Assembly: GCF_009931435.1 (NCBI RefSeq)
Contig: NZ_CP043414.1
Source of the DNA: Escherichia coli
GTDB taxonomy: Bacteria > Pseudomonadota > Gammaproteobacteria > Enterobacterales > Enterobacteriaceae
Length of the DNA: 64,000 bases
Reading direction: 5' to 3' (one strand)
In this document: in pieces, positions 44,720 to 57,525 of the stretch
Numbering within the stretch: the stretch's first letter is position 1
Layout: every line of letters begins with the position of its first letter
Position numbers and translations under genes: made by a program
The notes under the pieces: model-generated
The model's database searches: none
The model's input: only the letters and a program-made list of their open reading frames with translations
What the model was told of the DNA's origin: nothing

Positions 44720-46152
44720 TGCAGGTTTTACATGTATGTTCAGAGATGTTCCCGCTGCTTAAAACCGGCGGTCTGGCTGATGTTATTGGGGCATTACCCG
44801 CAGCACAAATCGCAGACGGCGTTGACGCTCGCGTACTGTTGCCTGCATTTCCCGATATTCGCCGTGGCGTAACCGATGCGCAGGTGGTATCTCGCCGTGA
44901 TACCTTCGCAGGGCATATCACGCTGTTGTTCGGCCATTACAACGGGGTTGGCATTTACCTGATTGACGCGCCGCATCTCTATGATCGTCCGGGAAGCCCG
45001 TATCACGATACCAACTTATTTGCCTACACTGACAACGTATTGCGTTTTGCGCTTCTTGGGTGGGTTGGGGCAGAAATGGCCAGCGGGCTTGACCCATTCT
45101 GGCGCCCTGATGTGGTGCATGCGCACGACTGGCATGCGGGCCTTGCGCCTGCGTATCTGGCGGCGCGCGGGCGTCCGGCGAAGTCGGTGTTTACTGTGCA
45201 CAACCTGGCCTATCAAGGCATGTTTTATGCACATCACATGAATGACATCCAATTGCCATGGTCATTCTTTAATATTCATGGGCTGGAATTCAACGGACAA
45301 ATCTCTTTCCTGAAGGCTGGTCTGTACTATGCCGATCATATTACGGCGGTCAGCCCGACCTACGCTCGCGAGATCACCGAACCGCAGTTTGCCTACGGTA
45401 TGGAAGGTCTGTTGCAACAGCGTCACCGTGAAGGGCGTCTTTCCGGCGTACTAAACGGCGTGGATGAAAAAATCTGGAGTCCAGAGACGGACTTACTGTT
45501 GGCCTCGCGTTACACCCGCGATACGTTGGAAGATAAAGCGGAGAATAAGCGCCAGTTACAAATCGCAATGGGGCTTAAGGTTGACGATAAAGTGCCGCTT
45601 TTTGCAGTGGTGAGCCGTCTGACCAGCCAGAAAGGTCTCGACCTGGTGCTGGAAGCCTTACCAGGCCTTCTGGAGCAGGGCGGACAGCTGGCGCTACTCG
45701 GCGCGGGTGATCCGGTGTTGCAGGAAGGTTTCCTTGCCGCGGCCGCGGAATATCCCGGACAAGTGGGCGTTCAGATTGGCTATCACGAAGCATTTTCGCA
45801 TCGCATTATGGGCGGCGCGGACGTCATTCTGGTGCCCAGCCGTTTTGAACCGTGCGGCTTAACGCAACTTTATGGATTGAAGTACGGTACGCTGCCGTTA
45901 GTGCGGCGCACCGGTGGGCTTGCTGATACGGTTTCTGACTGTTCTCTTGAGAACCTTGCAGATGGCGTCGCCAGTGGGTTTGTCTTTGAAGATAGTAATG
46001 CCTGGTCGCTGTTACGGGCTATTCGACGTGCTTTTGTACTGTGGTCCCGTCCTTCACTGTGGCGGTTTGTGCAACGTCAGGCTATGGCAATGGATTTTAG
46101 CTGGCAGGTCGCGGCGAAGTCGTACCGTGAGCTTTACTATCGCTTGAAATAG
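44719..46152 (+). CDS. glgA: glycogen synthase GlgA
   Basis: 477 aa; N-terminal KTGGLADV motif; start overlaps glgC stop (TAATG). Confidence 0.95.
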
Positions 46153-48618
<2,466 letters not shown>

Positions 48619-48634
48619 GTTCACTAAAAAATAG

Positions 48635-48663
48635 AACGGGGCCAAATCGGTCCCGTTTTTTTT
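48635..48663 (+). terminator. rho-independent terminator of glgP
   Basis: 9-bp stem AACGGGGCC/GGTCCCGTT (one G-U pair) with loop AAATC, followed by T8. Confidence 0.8.
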
Positions 48664-48712
48664 CGCCTTTATTTCGGAGAAGTGTCCAGAGGGGCAAGGG
48701 GATTCGGGGGAG

Positions 48713-48718
48713 TATAAT
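48713..48718 (+). promoter_or_regulatory. candidate -10 hexamer (TATAAT) for the glgP-glpD cluster
   Basis: Perfect TATAAT 18 bp upstream of the first ATG of cluster gene 1 and downstream of the glgP terminator; no good -35 seen. Confidence 0.35.
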
Positions 48719-48735
48719 TTCGCCATTCAGAAAGA

Positions 48736-50253
48736 ATGGAAAGAATAATGCAAAACAGAAAATGGATTTTGACCTCGCTGATAATGACTTTTTTCGGCAT
48801 CCCCATACTGGCGCAATTTTTGGCAGCGGTTATTGCCATGCTGGGGGCCGGGCTTGCCGCTATTCTTGAGGCTTGCAATTTACTCTTTACGCCAACAATT
48901 TATCTTCTACTCAACATCTTTATGCTGACGCTGGGGGCGATAATCCTATTTTTCTCTGGTCGCGTGTGGGCCGGTGATAGCGCACCAGAAAACAGAGAAA
49001 TAGCCGTCTGGCGGCAATGCTTTTTTCTTTTACCTGCACTGTTAACTCTGGTTGGCTGGATAATCACGCTACATCTGGCAGATTATCAACTTCGCCAGCT
49101 GGGAGCGGGTTGGTTGGCAAATCTTATGCTCCCCTGGCTGGGCGTATTGTTAGTCTCATTAGTCGGTGGTGAGTACTGGTGGATAGTCATTATTCCCGTT
49201 GGCGCGCATATCAGTTTTTCGCTGGGGTACGGCTGGCCAACCAGACATCCTTTAACCGGCACGTACGGGTTACGTTGCCGTAATTCCCTCCTGTTTATCC
49301 TTCTCATGCTGGTTTTTGTCGCTGGTTATCAGGCTTATTTATATAAACAGCTTAATCCTGGTGTTGGTGTACGCGAAAATATTGATACCTGGGCCTGGCG
49401 ACCCGATAAACTCAATAATCAACTGACGCCACTGCGTGGTAAACCGCAAATTCAGTTTACACAAAACTGGCCGCGACTCGATGGTGCTACGGCGGCGTAC
49501 CCAATTTATGCTTCTGCCTTTTATGCGTTGAGCGTTATACCGGAAGATTTCCACACCTGGGAATATCTGGAGAACTCTCGTACCCCCGATGCATATAACA
49601 GGATTGTTAAAGGTGATGCCGATATTATTTTTGTGGCGCAACCTTCCGGTGGGCAGAAAAAACGTGCAGAGGAATCGGGCGTCACTTTGAACTACACTCC
49701 TTTCGCCCGTGAAGCATTCGTTTTCATCGTCAATGCGGATAACCCGGTTAATTCCCTGACTGACCAACAGGTGCGTGACATCTTCAGTGGCGTAATTACC
49801 AACTGGCGTACTGTTGGCGGTAACGATCAGGAGATCCAGACCTGGCAACGCCCGGAAGACTCTGGCAGCCAGACAGTGATGCAATCGCAGGTCATGAAAA
49901 ATGTCCGCATGATCTCGCCGCAGGAAACCGAAGTGGCAAGCATGATGGAGGGAATGATTAAAGTTGTTGCCGAATACCGTAATACAAACAACTCAATAGG
50001 CTACACCTTCCGCTATTACGCAACACAAATGAACGCCGATAAAAATATAAAACTGCTAGCTATTAACGGTATTGCACCGACTGCGGAAAATATTCGTAAC
50101 GGCAAATATCCGTATATCGTCGATGCCTTTATGGTAACGCGGGAAAATACTACGTCAGAAACACAAAAACTGGTCGAATGGTTTTTAATGCCGCAGGGGC
50201 AGAGTCTGGTGGAAGATGTGGGCTATGTGCCGCTGTATCCAACAATGAAATAA
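48736..50253 (+). CDS. fusion protein: N-terminal polytopic membrane module (about 200 aa, 5-6 TM) plus C-terminal PstS-family (phosphate-binding-protein-like) domain
   Basis: 505-aa ORF (alternative ATG at 48748 has better SD spacing); hydrophobic N-terminus; C-terminal half is about 60% identical by eye to the next gene and carries PstS-like motifs (DIFSGVITNWRTVGG; RPEDSGSQTVM; IGYTFRYY). Confidence 0.7.
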   Translation: MERIMQNRKWILTSLIMTFFGIPILAQFLAAVIAMLGAGLAAILEACNLLFTPTIYLLLNIFMLTLGAIILFFSGRVWAGDSAPENREIAVWRQCFFLLPALLTLVGWIITLHLADYQLRQLGAGWLANLMLPWLGVLLVSLVGGEYWWIVIIPVGAHISFSLGYGWPTRHPLTGTYGLRCRNSLLFILLMLVFVAGYQAYLYKQLNPGVGVRENIDTWAWRPDKLNNQLTPLRGKPQIQFTQNWPRLDGATAAYPIYASAFYALSVIPEDFHTWEYLENSRTPDAYNRIVKGDADIIFVAQPSGGQKKRAEESGVTLNYTPFAREAFVFIVNADNPVNSLTDQQVRDIFSGVITNWRTVGGNDQEIQTWQRPEDSGSQTVMQSQVMKNVRMISPQETEVASMMEGMIKVVAEYRNTNNSIGYTFRYYATQMNADKNIKLLAINGIAPTAENIRNGKYPYIVDAFMVTRENTTSETQKLVEWFLMPQGQSLVEDVGYVPLYPTMK

Positions 50254-50278
50254 CGCTCGAGAGAAAGGAATCAGCGCA

Positions 50279-51271
50279 ATGAATAAATTCACCGGTGTTT
50301 TACTATTAGGTACGGCGTTACTGGCGGGATGTGTCGACCGGGAAGGGTACTATAACAGCGTCAGGGAAGAAGAGAGTCATGGACTGACGTCTCTGCGGGG
50401 GCAACCTGAATTACGTTACAGCGATGATTGGTCAAGATGGCCGAGAGTGTACGGCGCTACAGCCTTATACCCGCTGTATGCCTCCGCGTATTATGAATTA
50501 GTACCCGAGCCAAAAGATAAGGATCGAACCTCGCTGGCCTGGCAGGCGTATGGTTTGCAACAAACCCGAACAGCTGAAGCCTACGATAGTCTGATCAAGG
50601 GTACCGCGACGGTTATTTTTGTTGCACAACCGTCGGAAGGACAGAAAAAACGTGCAGAAGAAGCAGGCGTTAAACTGAAATATACCGCGTTTGCCCGCGA
50701 AGCCTTTGTCTTTATCGTTGATATCAAAAACCCGGTTAATTCACTTAGCGAACAGCAGGTCAAAGACATTTTTAGCGGTAAAGTGAGTCGCTGGAATAAA
50801 GTGGGCGGCGGTGACGAAAGTATAAAAGTCTGGCAGCGGCCAGAAGATTCTGGAAGCCAAACGGTTATGAAGGGACTGGTTATGCAAGATACTCCAATGC
50901 TGCCAGCCAAAAAATCCACTGTTATCGATCTTATGGGCGGTTTAATTACCGAAGTCGCCGACTACCAAAACACACCATCTTCCATTGGATACACCTTCCA
51001 CTATTACGTCACACGTATGAATGACAATATGCTCAAAATGCGCAAACAGATCAAACTGCTGGCTATAAATGGCGTTGCACCTACAGAGGAAAATATCCGT
51101 AACGGCACTTATCCGTACATAATTGATGCTTATATGGTGACGCACGAAAACCCTACGCTGGAAACGCAGAAATTCGTCGACTGGTTTTTAAGCCCGCAGG
51201 GACAGCAATTGGTAGAGGATGTGGGGTATGTGCCGATTCATGACGCATCATACGAATCATCAGTGCAATAA
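50279..51271 (+). CDS. PstS-family (phosphate-binding-protein-like) lipoprotein
   Basis: 330 aa; lipobox LLAGC after signal peptide; AAGGAA SD 8 nt upstream; motifs GATALYPLYASAY, DIFSGKVSRWNKVGG, RPEDSGSQTVM, IGYTFHYY align to E. coli PstS motifs (GAGATFPAPVYAKW, IYLGKIKKWDD, RRADGSGTSFVF, IGYVEYAY). Confidence 0.75.
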   Translation: MNKFTGVLLLGTALLAGCVDREGYYNSVREEESHGLTSLRGQPELRYSDDWSRWPRVYGATALYPLYASAYYELVPEPKDKDRTSLAWQAYGLQQTRTAEAYDSLIKGTATVIFVAQPSEGQKKRAEEAGVKLKYTAFAREAFVFIVDIKNPVNSLSEQQVKDIFSGKVSRWNKVGGGDESIKVWQRPEDSGSQTVMKGLVMQDTPMLPAKKSTVIDLMGGLITEVADYQNTPSSIGYTFHYYVTRMNDNMLKMRKQIKLLAINGVAPTEENIRNGTYPYIIDAYMVTHENPTLETQKFVDWFLSPQGQQLVEDVGYVPIHDASYESSVQ

Positions 51272-51873
51272 TGATGAATAAAATCAGACTTTATATTCCT
51301 CCGTTAATTCTTGGTTTTGTTATTGTGCCGTTGTTGGTGTGGCCGACGGTGGTTGCGCTGGCTGCTTCTGTTATCACGCTGAGTTTTCTGGGAGAGATAC
51401 TGTTCTCTATCCCGCTCATGATCAGGCATATTTCGCTTCTGCAATTACAACTATGGTTATCGGCTGAATATGCGCTTTTCTGCTGTGCAATGGTGGGCGT
51501 TGGTTGGCAATTTGCTCGTATAACTCAATCTGAATTGAAAAGCAGACTGCATTGTTGGCTGGTATTTGCACCAGTTTATTTCTGGTTGCTCCTGTGGAAT
51601 ATCATTTTCTATGTCGCGCCAGCGAATATTGCGTTGCTGGAGAATATGCGCAGTTTCTTTCTGACAGTTGTCTGGCTCCCACTAAATTTTTCACCATTTT
51701 GGTCCCAACCGTGGATTGACTTTGTCGGTCCAATAAGCGCACAGCTTGGTTTTGCGTTGGGATATTATTGCCAGTGGCGTAGCAAAAATAGAAGCCAGAT
51801 ACGGAAGTGGAGTGAGTGGGGAACGTGCCTGAGTTTTGTTACGTTGGGTATGATGGCGTGGGCTTTGCGGTAA
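51271..51873 (+). CDS. polytopic membrane protein, paralog of the N-terminal module of cluster gene 1
   Basis: 200 aa; ATG overlaps previous stop (TAATG); segment VGPISAQLGFALGYY resembles VGAHISFSLGYGW in gene 1. Confidence 0.65.
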   Translation: MMNKIRLYIPPLILGFVIVPLLVWPTVVALAASVITLSFLGEILFSIPLMIRHISLLQLQLWLSAEYALFCCAMVGVGWQFARITQSELKSRLHCWLVFAPVYFWLLLWNIIFYVAPANIALLENMRSFFLTVVWLPLNFSPFWSQPWIDFVGPISAQLGFALGYYCQWRSKNRSQIRKWSEWGTCLSFVTLGMMAWALR

Positions 51874-51923
51874 TTCCCTGACTCAAAAAGTAGGTCAGAT
51901 TGTTGACAAAGTGCACTTTGTTC

Positions 51924-52023
51924 ATGCCGGATGCGACATGAACGTCTTATTGGCCTACAAGACCATGCAAATTCAATATATTGCATAAGCCACGTAGGCC
52001 TGATAAGCGTAGCGCATCAGGCA
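51924..52023. repeat. REP pair (BIME) between the cluster and glpD
   Basis: GCCGGATGCGACATGAACGTCTTATTGGCCTAC and inverted GTAGGCCTGATAAGCGTAGCGCATCAGGCA, followed by TTTTTTGTTT. Confidence 0.75.
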
Positions 52024-52085
52024 GTTTTTTGTTTATCATCAGTCTCAGGTCAGATTGAAATCTGACCTGGCCACATTACGTTAAT

Positions 52086-53591
52086 TTACGACGCCAGAGA
52101 CAACCTCTGCTGCGTATACTCCCCCAGCCACTGACTCACACGAGATTGTTGATCCGCATTCAGCCACATGCCTTGTTTTGTGCGACGCCACAGGGCATCG
52201 TCGGCGCGGCGGACCCATTCGTGATCCACAAGGTATTTCAGCTCCGCTTCGTAGAACTCATGACCGAAATCTTCCCCGAGATCGCCTATCGCCCCCGCAT
52301 TGCCGAGCAGCAGTTCGCTGTTGCTGCCGTAAGTGCGCGCGTAGTGACGTGCCAGCGATTCAGTCAGGAACGGGTAACGGCGGCGCAGGCGGGCGGCATA
52401 ATCGTCGCGATCGCCTTCAATGGCACCACCCGGCAGCACGCTCTCTTTCGTCCACGCCGGGCCAATGCCCTGATAATACGGCGTCAGTTTTTCCAGCGCG
52501 TGCTCCGCCAGTTTGCGGTAGGTGGTCAGCTTACCGCCGAATACCGATAACAGCGGAGCTTTGCCGTTTTCATCATGGATATCAAGGGTGTAATCACGGG
52601 TAATGGCCTGCGGCGAATCAGATTCATCATCACACAGCGGACGCACACCGGAGTAGGTCCAGACGATATCGTCCCGGCTTAGCGGCTTTTTAAAGTGCGC
52701 GTTATACACTTTCAGCAGGTAATTGATTTCACTCTCTTCAATCTTCACCGCTTTCGGATCGCCTTTATACTCCACATCGGTGGTGCCGATAATGGAAAAC
52801 TCGTCCATCCACGGGATCACGAAGACAATACGTTTATCTTCGTTTTGCAGAATGTAGGCTTGCTTCTGGGTATGCACACGCGGCACGACAATATGGCTGC
52901 CTTTGATCAGGCGAATGCCATAAGGTGAGGGTAGATGCATCCCGTCGTCGAAGAACTGCTTCACCCACGGGCCGGTGGCGTTCACCAGACCGCGTGCCTG
53001 CCAGCTGTATTTTTTACCGGTATCAATATCTTCTGCTTCTACAATCCACAGGCCGTTTTCGCGGCGAGCAGAAGTGGCACGAGTACGGGTAAGCACTTCA
53101 CCGCCTTTACGCACCACCATCTGGGCGTTGGCGAGTACCAGACGGGCGTCGTCTACCCAACAGTCGGAATATTCGAATCCGCGCTTAATTTCCGGTTTTA
53201 ACACTGAATTTGTGCCAAAACGCAAACCGGTTGATCCCGGCAGGCTGGTGCGTTTACCCAGATGATCGTACATAAACAGACCAATACGGATCATCCACGC
53301 CGGACGCAGATGCGGGCGATGCGGCAGGCGAAAACGCATCGGGAAAGCGATATGGGGGGCCATTTTCAGCAACACTTCACGTTCAGCCAGCGCCTCGCTG
53401 ACCAGACGGAATTCATAGTGCTCAAGGTAGCGCAGGCCACCATGAATGAGTTTTGAACTGGCGGAAGAGGTCGCACAAGCGAGATCCTGCGCCTCCAGCA
53501 TCAGCACGGATAAACCGCGTCCAGCGGCGTCTGCCGCGATACCAGCACCATTGATGCCGCCACCTATCACAATCAGATCTTTGGTTTCCAT
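52086..53591 (-). CDS. glpD: aerobic glycerol-3-phosphate dehydrogenase GlpD
   Basis: ATG at 53591 (METKDLIVIGGGINGAGIA..., FAD motif); 501 aa; track ORF starts at an upstream GTG. Confidence 0.95.
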   Translation of the reverse strand: METKDLIVIGGGINGAGIAADAAGRGLSVLMLEAQDLACATSSASSKLIHGGLRYLEHYEFRLVSEALAEREVLLKMAPHIAFPMRFRLPHRPHLRPAWMIRIGLFMYDHLGKRTSLPGSTGLRFGTNSVLKPEIKRGFEYSDCWVDDARLVLANAQMVVRKGGEVLTRTRATSARRENGLWIVEAEDIDTGKKYSWQARGLVNATGPWVKQFFDDGMHLPSPYGIRLIKGSHIVVPRVHTQKQAYILQNEDKRIVFVIPWMDEFSIIGTTDVEYKGDPKAVKIEESEINYLLKVYNAHFKKPLSRDDIVWTYSGVRPLCDDESDSPQAITRDYTLDIHDENGKAPLLSVFGGKLTTYRKLAEHALEKLTPYYQGIGPAWTKESVLPGGAIEGDRDDYAARLRRRYPFLTESLARHYARTYGSNSELLLGNAGAIGDLGEDFGHEFYEAELKYLVDHEWVRRADDALWRRTKQGMWLNADQQSRVSQWLGEYTQQRLSLAS

Positions 53592-53624
53592 GCTGCCCTC
53601 ATTCACTTTCGTTAAAGCTCATAA

Positions 53625-53642
53625 ATGTTCGTTATCGAACAT
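53625..53642. promoter_or_regulatory. GlpR operator in the glpD/glpE divergent control region
   Basis: Perfect palindrome ATGTTCG-TTAT-CGAACAT, matching the GlpR operator consensus, 34 bp upstream of the glpD ATG. Confidence 0.75.
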
Positions 53643-53702
53643 ATTAGCAAAGAATCGCGCTTTGAGTAACATTGAAAAAACATTTTAGAGTGATATGTAT
53701 AA

Positions 53703-54107
<405 letters not shown>

Positions 54108-54139
54108 CGCTTTATACTGTCCCCTTTTGTGTGGAATAA

Positions 54140-54982
<843 letters not shown>

Positions 54983-54998
54983 TTCCAGGGATTTATAA

Positions 54999-55757
54999 AT
55001 GAAACAAACACAACGTCACAACGGTATTATTGAACTGGTTAAACAGCAGGGTTATGTCAGCACCGAAGAACTGGTGGAACACTTCTCTGTCAGTCCGCAG
55101 ACTATTCGTCGTGACCTCAACGAGCTGGCGGAGCAAAACCTGATCCTGCGTCACCATGGCGGCGCGGCACTGCCTTCCAGTTCGGTTAACACGCCGTGGC
55201 ACGATCGTAAGGCCACCCAGACCGAAGAAAAAGAGCGTATTGCCCGCAAAGTGGCGGAGCAAATTCCTAACGGCTCGACGCTATTTATTGATATCGGCAC
55301 CACGCCGGAAGCGGTGGCGCACGCGCTGCTTAATCACAGCAATTTGCGCATTGTGACCAACAATCTCAACGTCGCTAACACGCTGATGGTAAAAGAAGAT
55401 TTTCGCATCATTCTTGCAGGTGGCGAATTACGCAGCCGCGATGGTGGGATCATTGGCGAAGCGACGCTCGATTTTATCTCCCAGTTCCGCCTTGATTTCG
55501 GGATTCTGGGGATCAGCGGCATCGATAGCGACGGCTCGCTGCTGGAGTTCGATTACCACGAAGTTCGCACCAAACGCGCTATTATTGAGAACTCGCGCCA
55601 CGTTATGCTGGTTGTCGATCACTCGAAATTTGGCCGTAATGCGATGGTCAATATGGGCAGCATCAGCATGGTCGATGCCGTCTACACCGACGCCCCGCCA
55701 CCAGCGAGCGTGATGCAGGTGCTGACAGACCATCATATTCAGCTGGAGCTGTGCTGA
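54999..55757 (+). CDS. glpR: glycerol-3-phosphate regulon repressor GlpR (DeoR family)
   Basis: 252 aa; N-terminal HTH; 3' end overlaps rtcR 3' end. Confidence 0.95.
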   Translation: MKQTQRHNGIIELVKQQGYVSTEELVEHFSVSPQTIRRDLNELAEQNLILRHHGGAALPSSSVNTPWHDRKATQTEEKERIARKVAEQIPNGSTLFIDIGTTPEAVAHALLNHSNLRIVTNNLNVANTLMVKEDFRIILAGGELRSRDGGIIGEATLDFISQFRLDFGILGISGIDSDGSLLEFDYHEVRTKRAIIENSRHVMLVVDHSKFGRNAMVNMGSISMVDAVYTDAPPPASVMQVLTDHHIQLELC

Positions 55758-57337
55758 TCCTGCACGGCTTCCCACGTCAGACCAAAACGCGCCAGGTATT
55801 TGCGTAGCCGATCCGCGTCGTTGACGCTGGCTTTGCCCTGGCGCGAAACATCAAAGAGTTCACGCCCGGCAGCGGAAAGCGATTTTGCCTGACGGCAGAT
55901 AGCGATAACGTGTTCCAGTTGCAGCCGATCAAAGAGGTCGATGTTTTCCGCTTCAGCGCCCAGTAGCTGCTTAAGCGCAGAAGAGCGGCTATCCTGCCAG
56001 TTGTAGCGTAGACGGTTTATCTCATCTTCTACGGTTTCAAGGGTGATACGCCCACTATCGGCAAACGTCGCCATGCGTGTGACGCTGGCAGAAAGCTCGC
56101 GAAAGTTACCGCGCCATGTTGCCTGGGGAGATGTCGCAAAGGCCAGCCAGGCGCGCCTCGCTTCGGTGTTAAAACGCACGCTGTCGCCGGTGAGTGAGGC
56201 GTGGCGCTCCACTTCATAATCCAGGTTCGGTTCAATATCTTCCTGGCGCTGGCGTAGACCCGGCAGGGTGAAGGTCCAGAGATTGATCCGCGCGTACAGG
56301 TCTTCGCGAAATTTGCCTTCGGCAACCAGCTGACGCAAATCGCGCACCGTTCCGGCGATCAGCTGAAAATCACTGCTCACCTGGCGATCGCTACCAAACG
56401 GGTGAAAGGTTTTCTCTTCAATGGCTTTTAGCAACATTGCCTGTTCGTCTGCGCCCAGTTCGCCAATCTCATCAAGAAACAACATGCCGCCGTTGGCGCT
56501 GCGTAATAACCCTTCACGAGATTCCCGCGCCCCGGTAAACGCGCCTTTCACATGACCAAACAGCGCGGACATGGCGGTATCGCCACGCAGAGTGGCGCAG
56601 TTCACTTCCACAAACTCGCCGCAAAACTGATGCCGCGCCTGTTTTAACTCGAAGATGCGTCGTGCCAGAAATGACTTACCCGCACCGGTCGGGCCGTTAA
56701 GCAGGATCGGTGCGCGGGATTTGATCGCCACTTTTTCGATCTGCTCAATCATGCGGTTGAAGTGGGCGTTACGCGTGGCAATGCCGGATTTGAGGAAATC
56801 GAGAGTTTGCTGGCGTTCTTCGGCAAAGCGGCTGGCAATAGCGTTATAACGGCTTAAATCGAGATCGATAATCGTCACCGCACCAGGGCTGTTGGGCTGT
56901 TCTTTTTTACGCGGTGGCGAAGATTGTATTAACCTGGCGGGCAGGTAACGCGCTTCTGCCAGTAGAAACCAGCAAATTTGCGCGACGTGGGTACCGGTGG
57001 TGATGTGAATTAAATAGTCTTCTTTATCAGGTTCGAACGCGTAACCACGGGCGAAATCATGCAGGCAGGCGTAAACCTCCTCGAAATCCCACGGGTTATG
57101 CAGTTCAATCTCAACGCTCACCACTTCTGTTTCTGGCGAAACATTGGCGATATCGCGTTTAAGCGTTTCAAACAGCGAGCGCGAGCGGGCGTCGTGCAAC
57201 AATTCCAGTCGATTGATGACTAACGATTCTTGCTGGCATAGACAGAGTGACGGACGCCATTTCGACCATCGCTGACTGCCGCGCCCGGCATAATCCAGTA
57301 CGGTGCCGACAAAGCCAAAAGCCACTGTTTTACGCAT
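55739..57337 (-). CDS. rtcR: sigma-54-dependent transcriptional activator RtcR
   Basis: 532 aa; AAA+ sigma-54 interaction domain (GPTGAGKS, GAFTGA); divergent from rtcBA. Confidence 0.95.
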   Translation of the reverse strand: MRKTVAFGFVGTVLDYAGRGSQRWSKWRPSLCLCQQESLVINRLELLHDARSRSLFETLKRDIANVSPETEVVSVEIELHNPWDFEEVYACLHDFARGYAFEPDKEDYLIHITTGTHVAQICWFLLAEARYLPARLIQSSPPRKKEQPNSPGAVTIIDLDLSRYNAIASRFAEERQQTLDFLKSGIATRNAHFNRMIEQIEKVAIKSRAPILLNGPTGAGKSFLARRIFELKQARHQFCGEFVEVNCATLRGDTAMSALFGHVKGAFTGARESREGLLRSANGGMLFLDEIGELGADEQAMLLKAIEEKTFHPFGSDRQVSSDFQLIAGTVRDLRQLVAEGKFREDLYARINLWTFTLPGLRQRQEDIEPNLDYEVERHASLTGDSVRFNTEARRAWLAFATSPQATWRGNFRELSASVTRMATFADSGRITLETVEDEINRLRYNWQDSRSSALKQLLGAEAENIDLFDRLQLEHVIAICRQAKSLSAAGRELFDVSRQGKASVNDADRLRKYLARFGLTWEAVQDQHSSS

Positions 57338-57471
57338 CTTAGATATCCTTATAAAAGACGATATTTCATTATCGGCGAATTGGCTTTGCGGGAAATCTCC
57401 GTTTACGGACGTACAGATTTTATCTATTTAAAAACAATGAATTAAAAAATTAATCTGCTTATTTAATTTTC

Positions 57472-57487
57472 TGGCACGGCGGATGCA
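57472..57487 (+). promoter_or_regulatory. sigma-54 promoter of rtcBA
   Basis: TGGCAC-GGCGGA-TGCA: GG (57473-57474) and GC (57485-57486) are 12 bp apart, about 40 bp upstream of the rtcB ATG, opposite the sigma-54 activator gene rtcR. Confidence 0.8.
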
Positions 57488-57525
57488 ATTATCTGGACAG
57501 CAAACAACGAAAAGAGAAAAACAAA

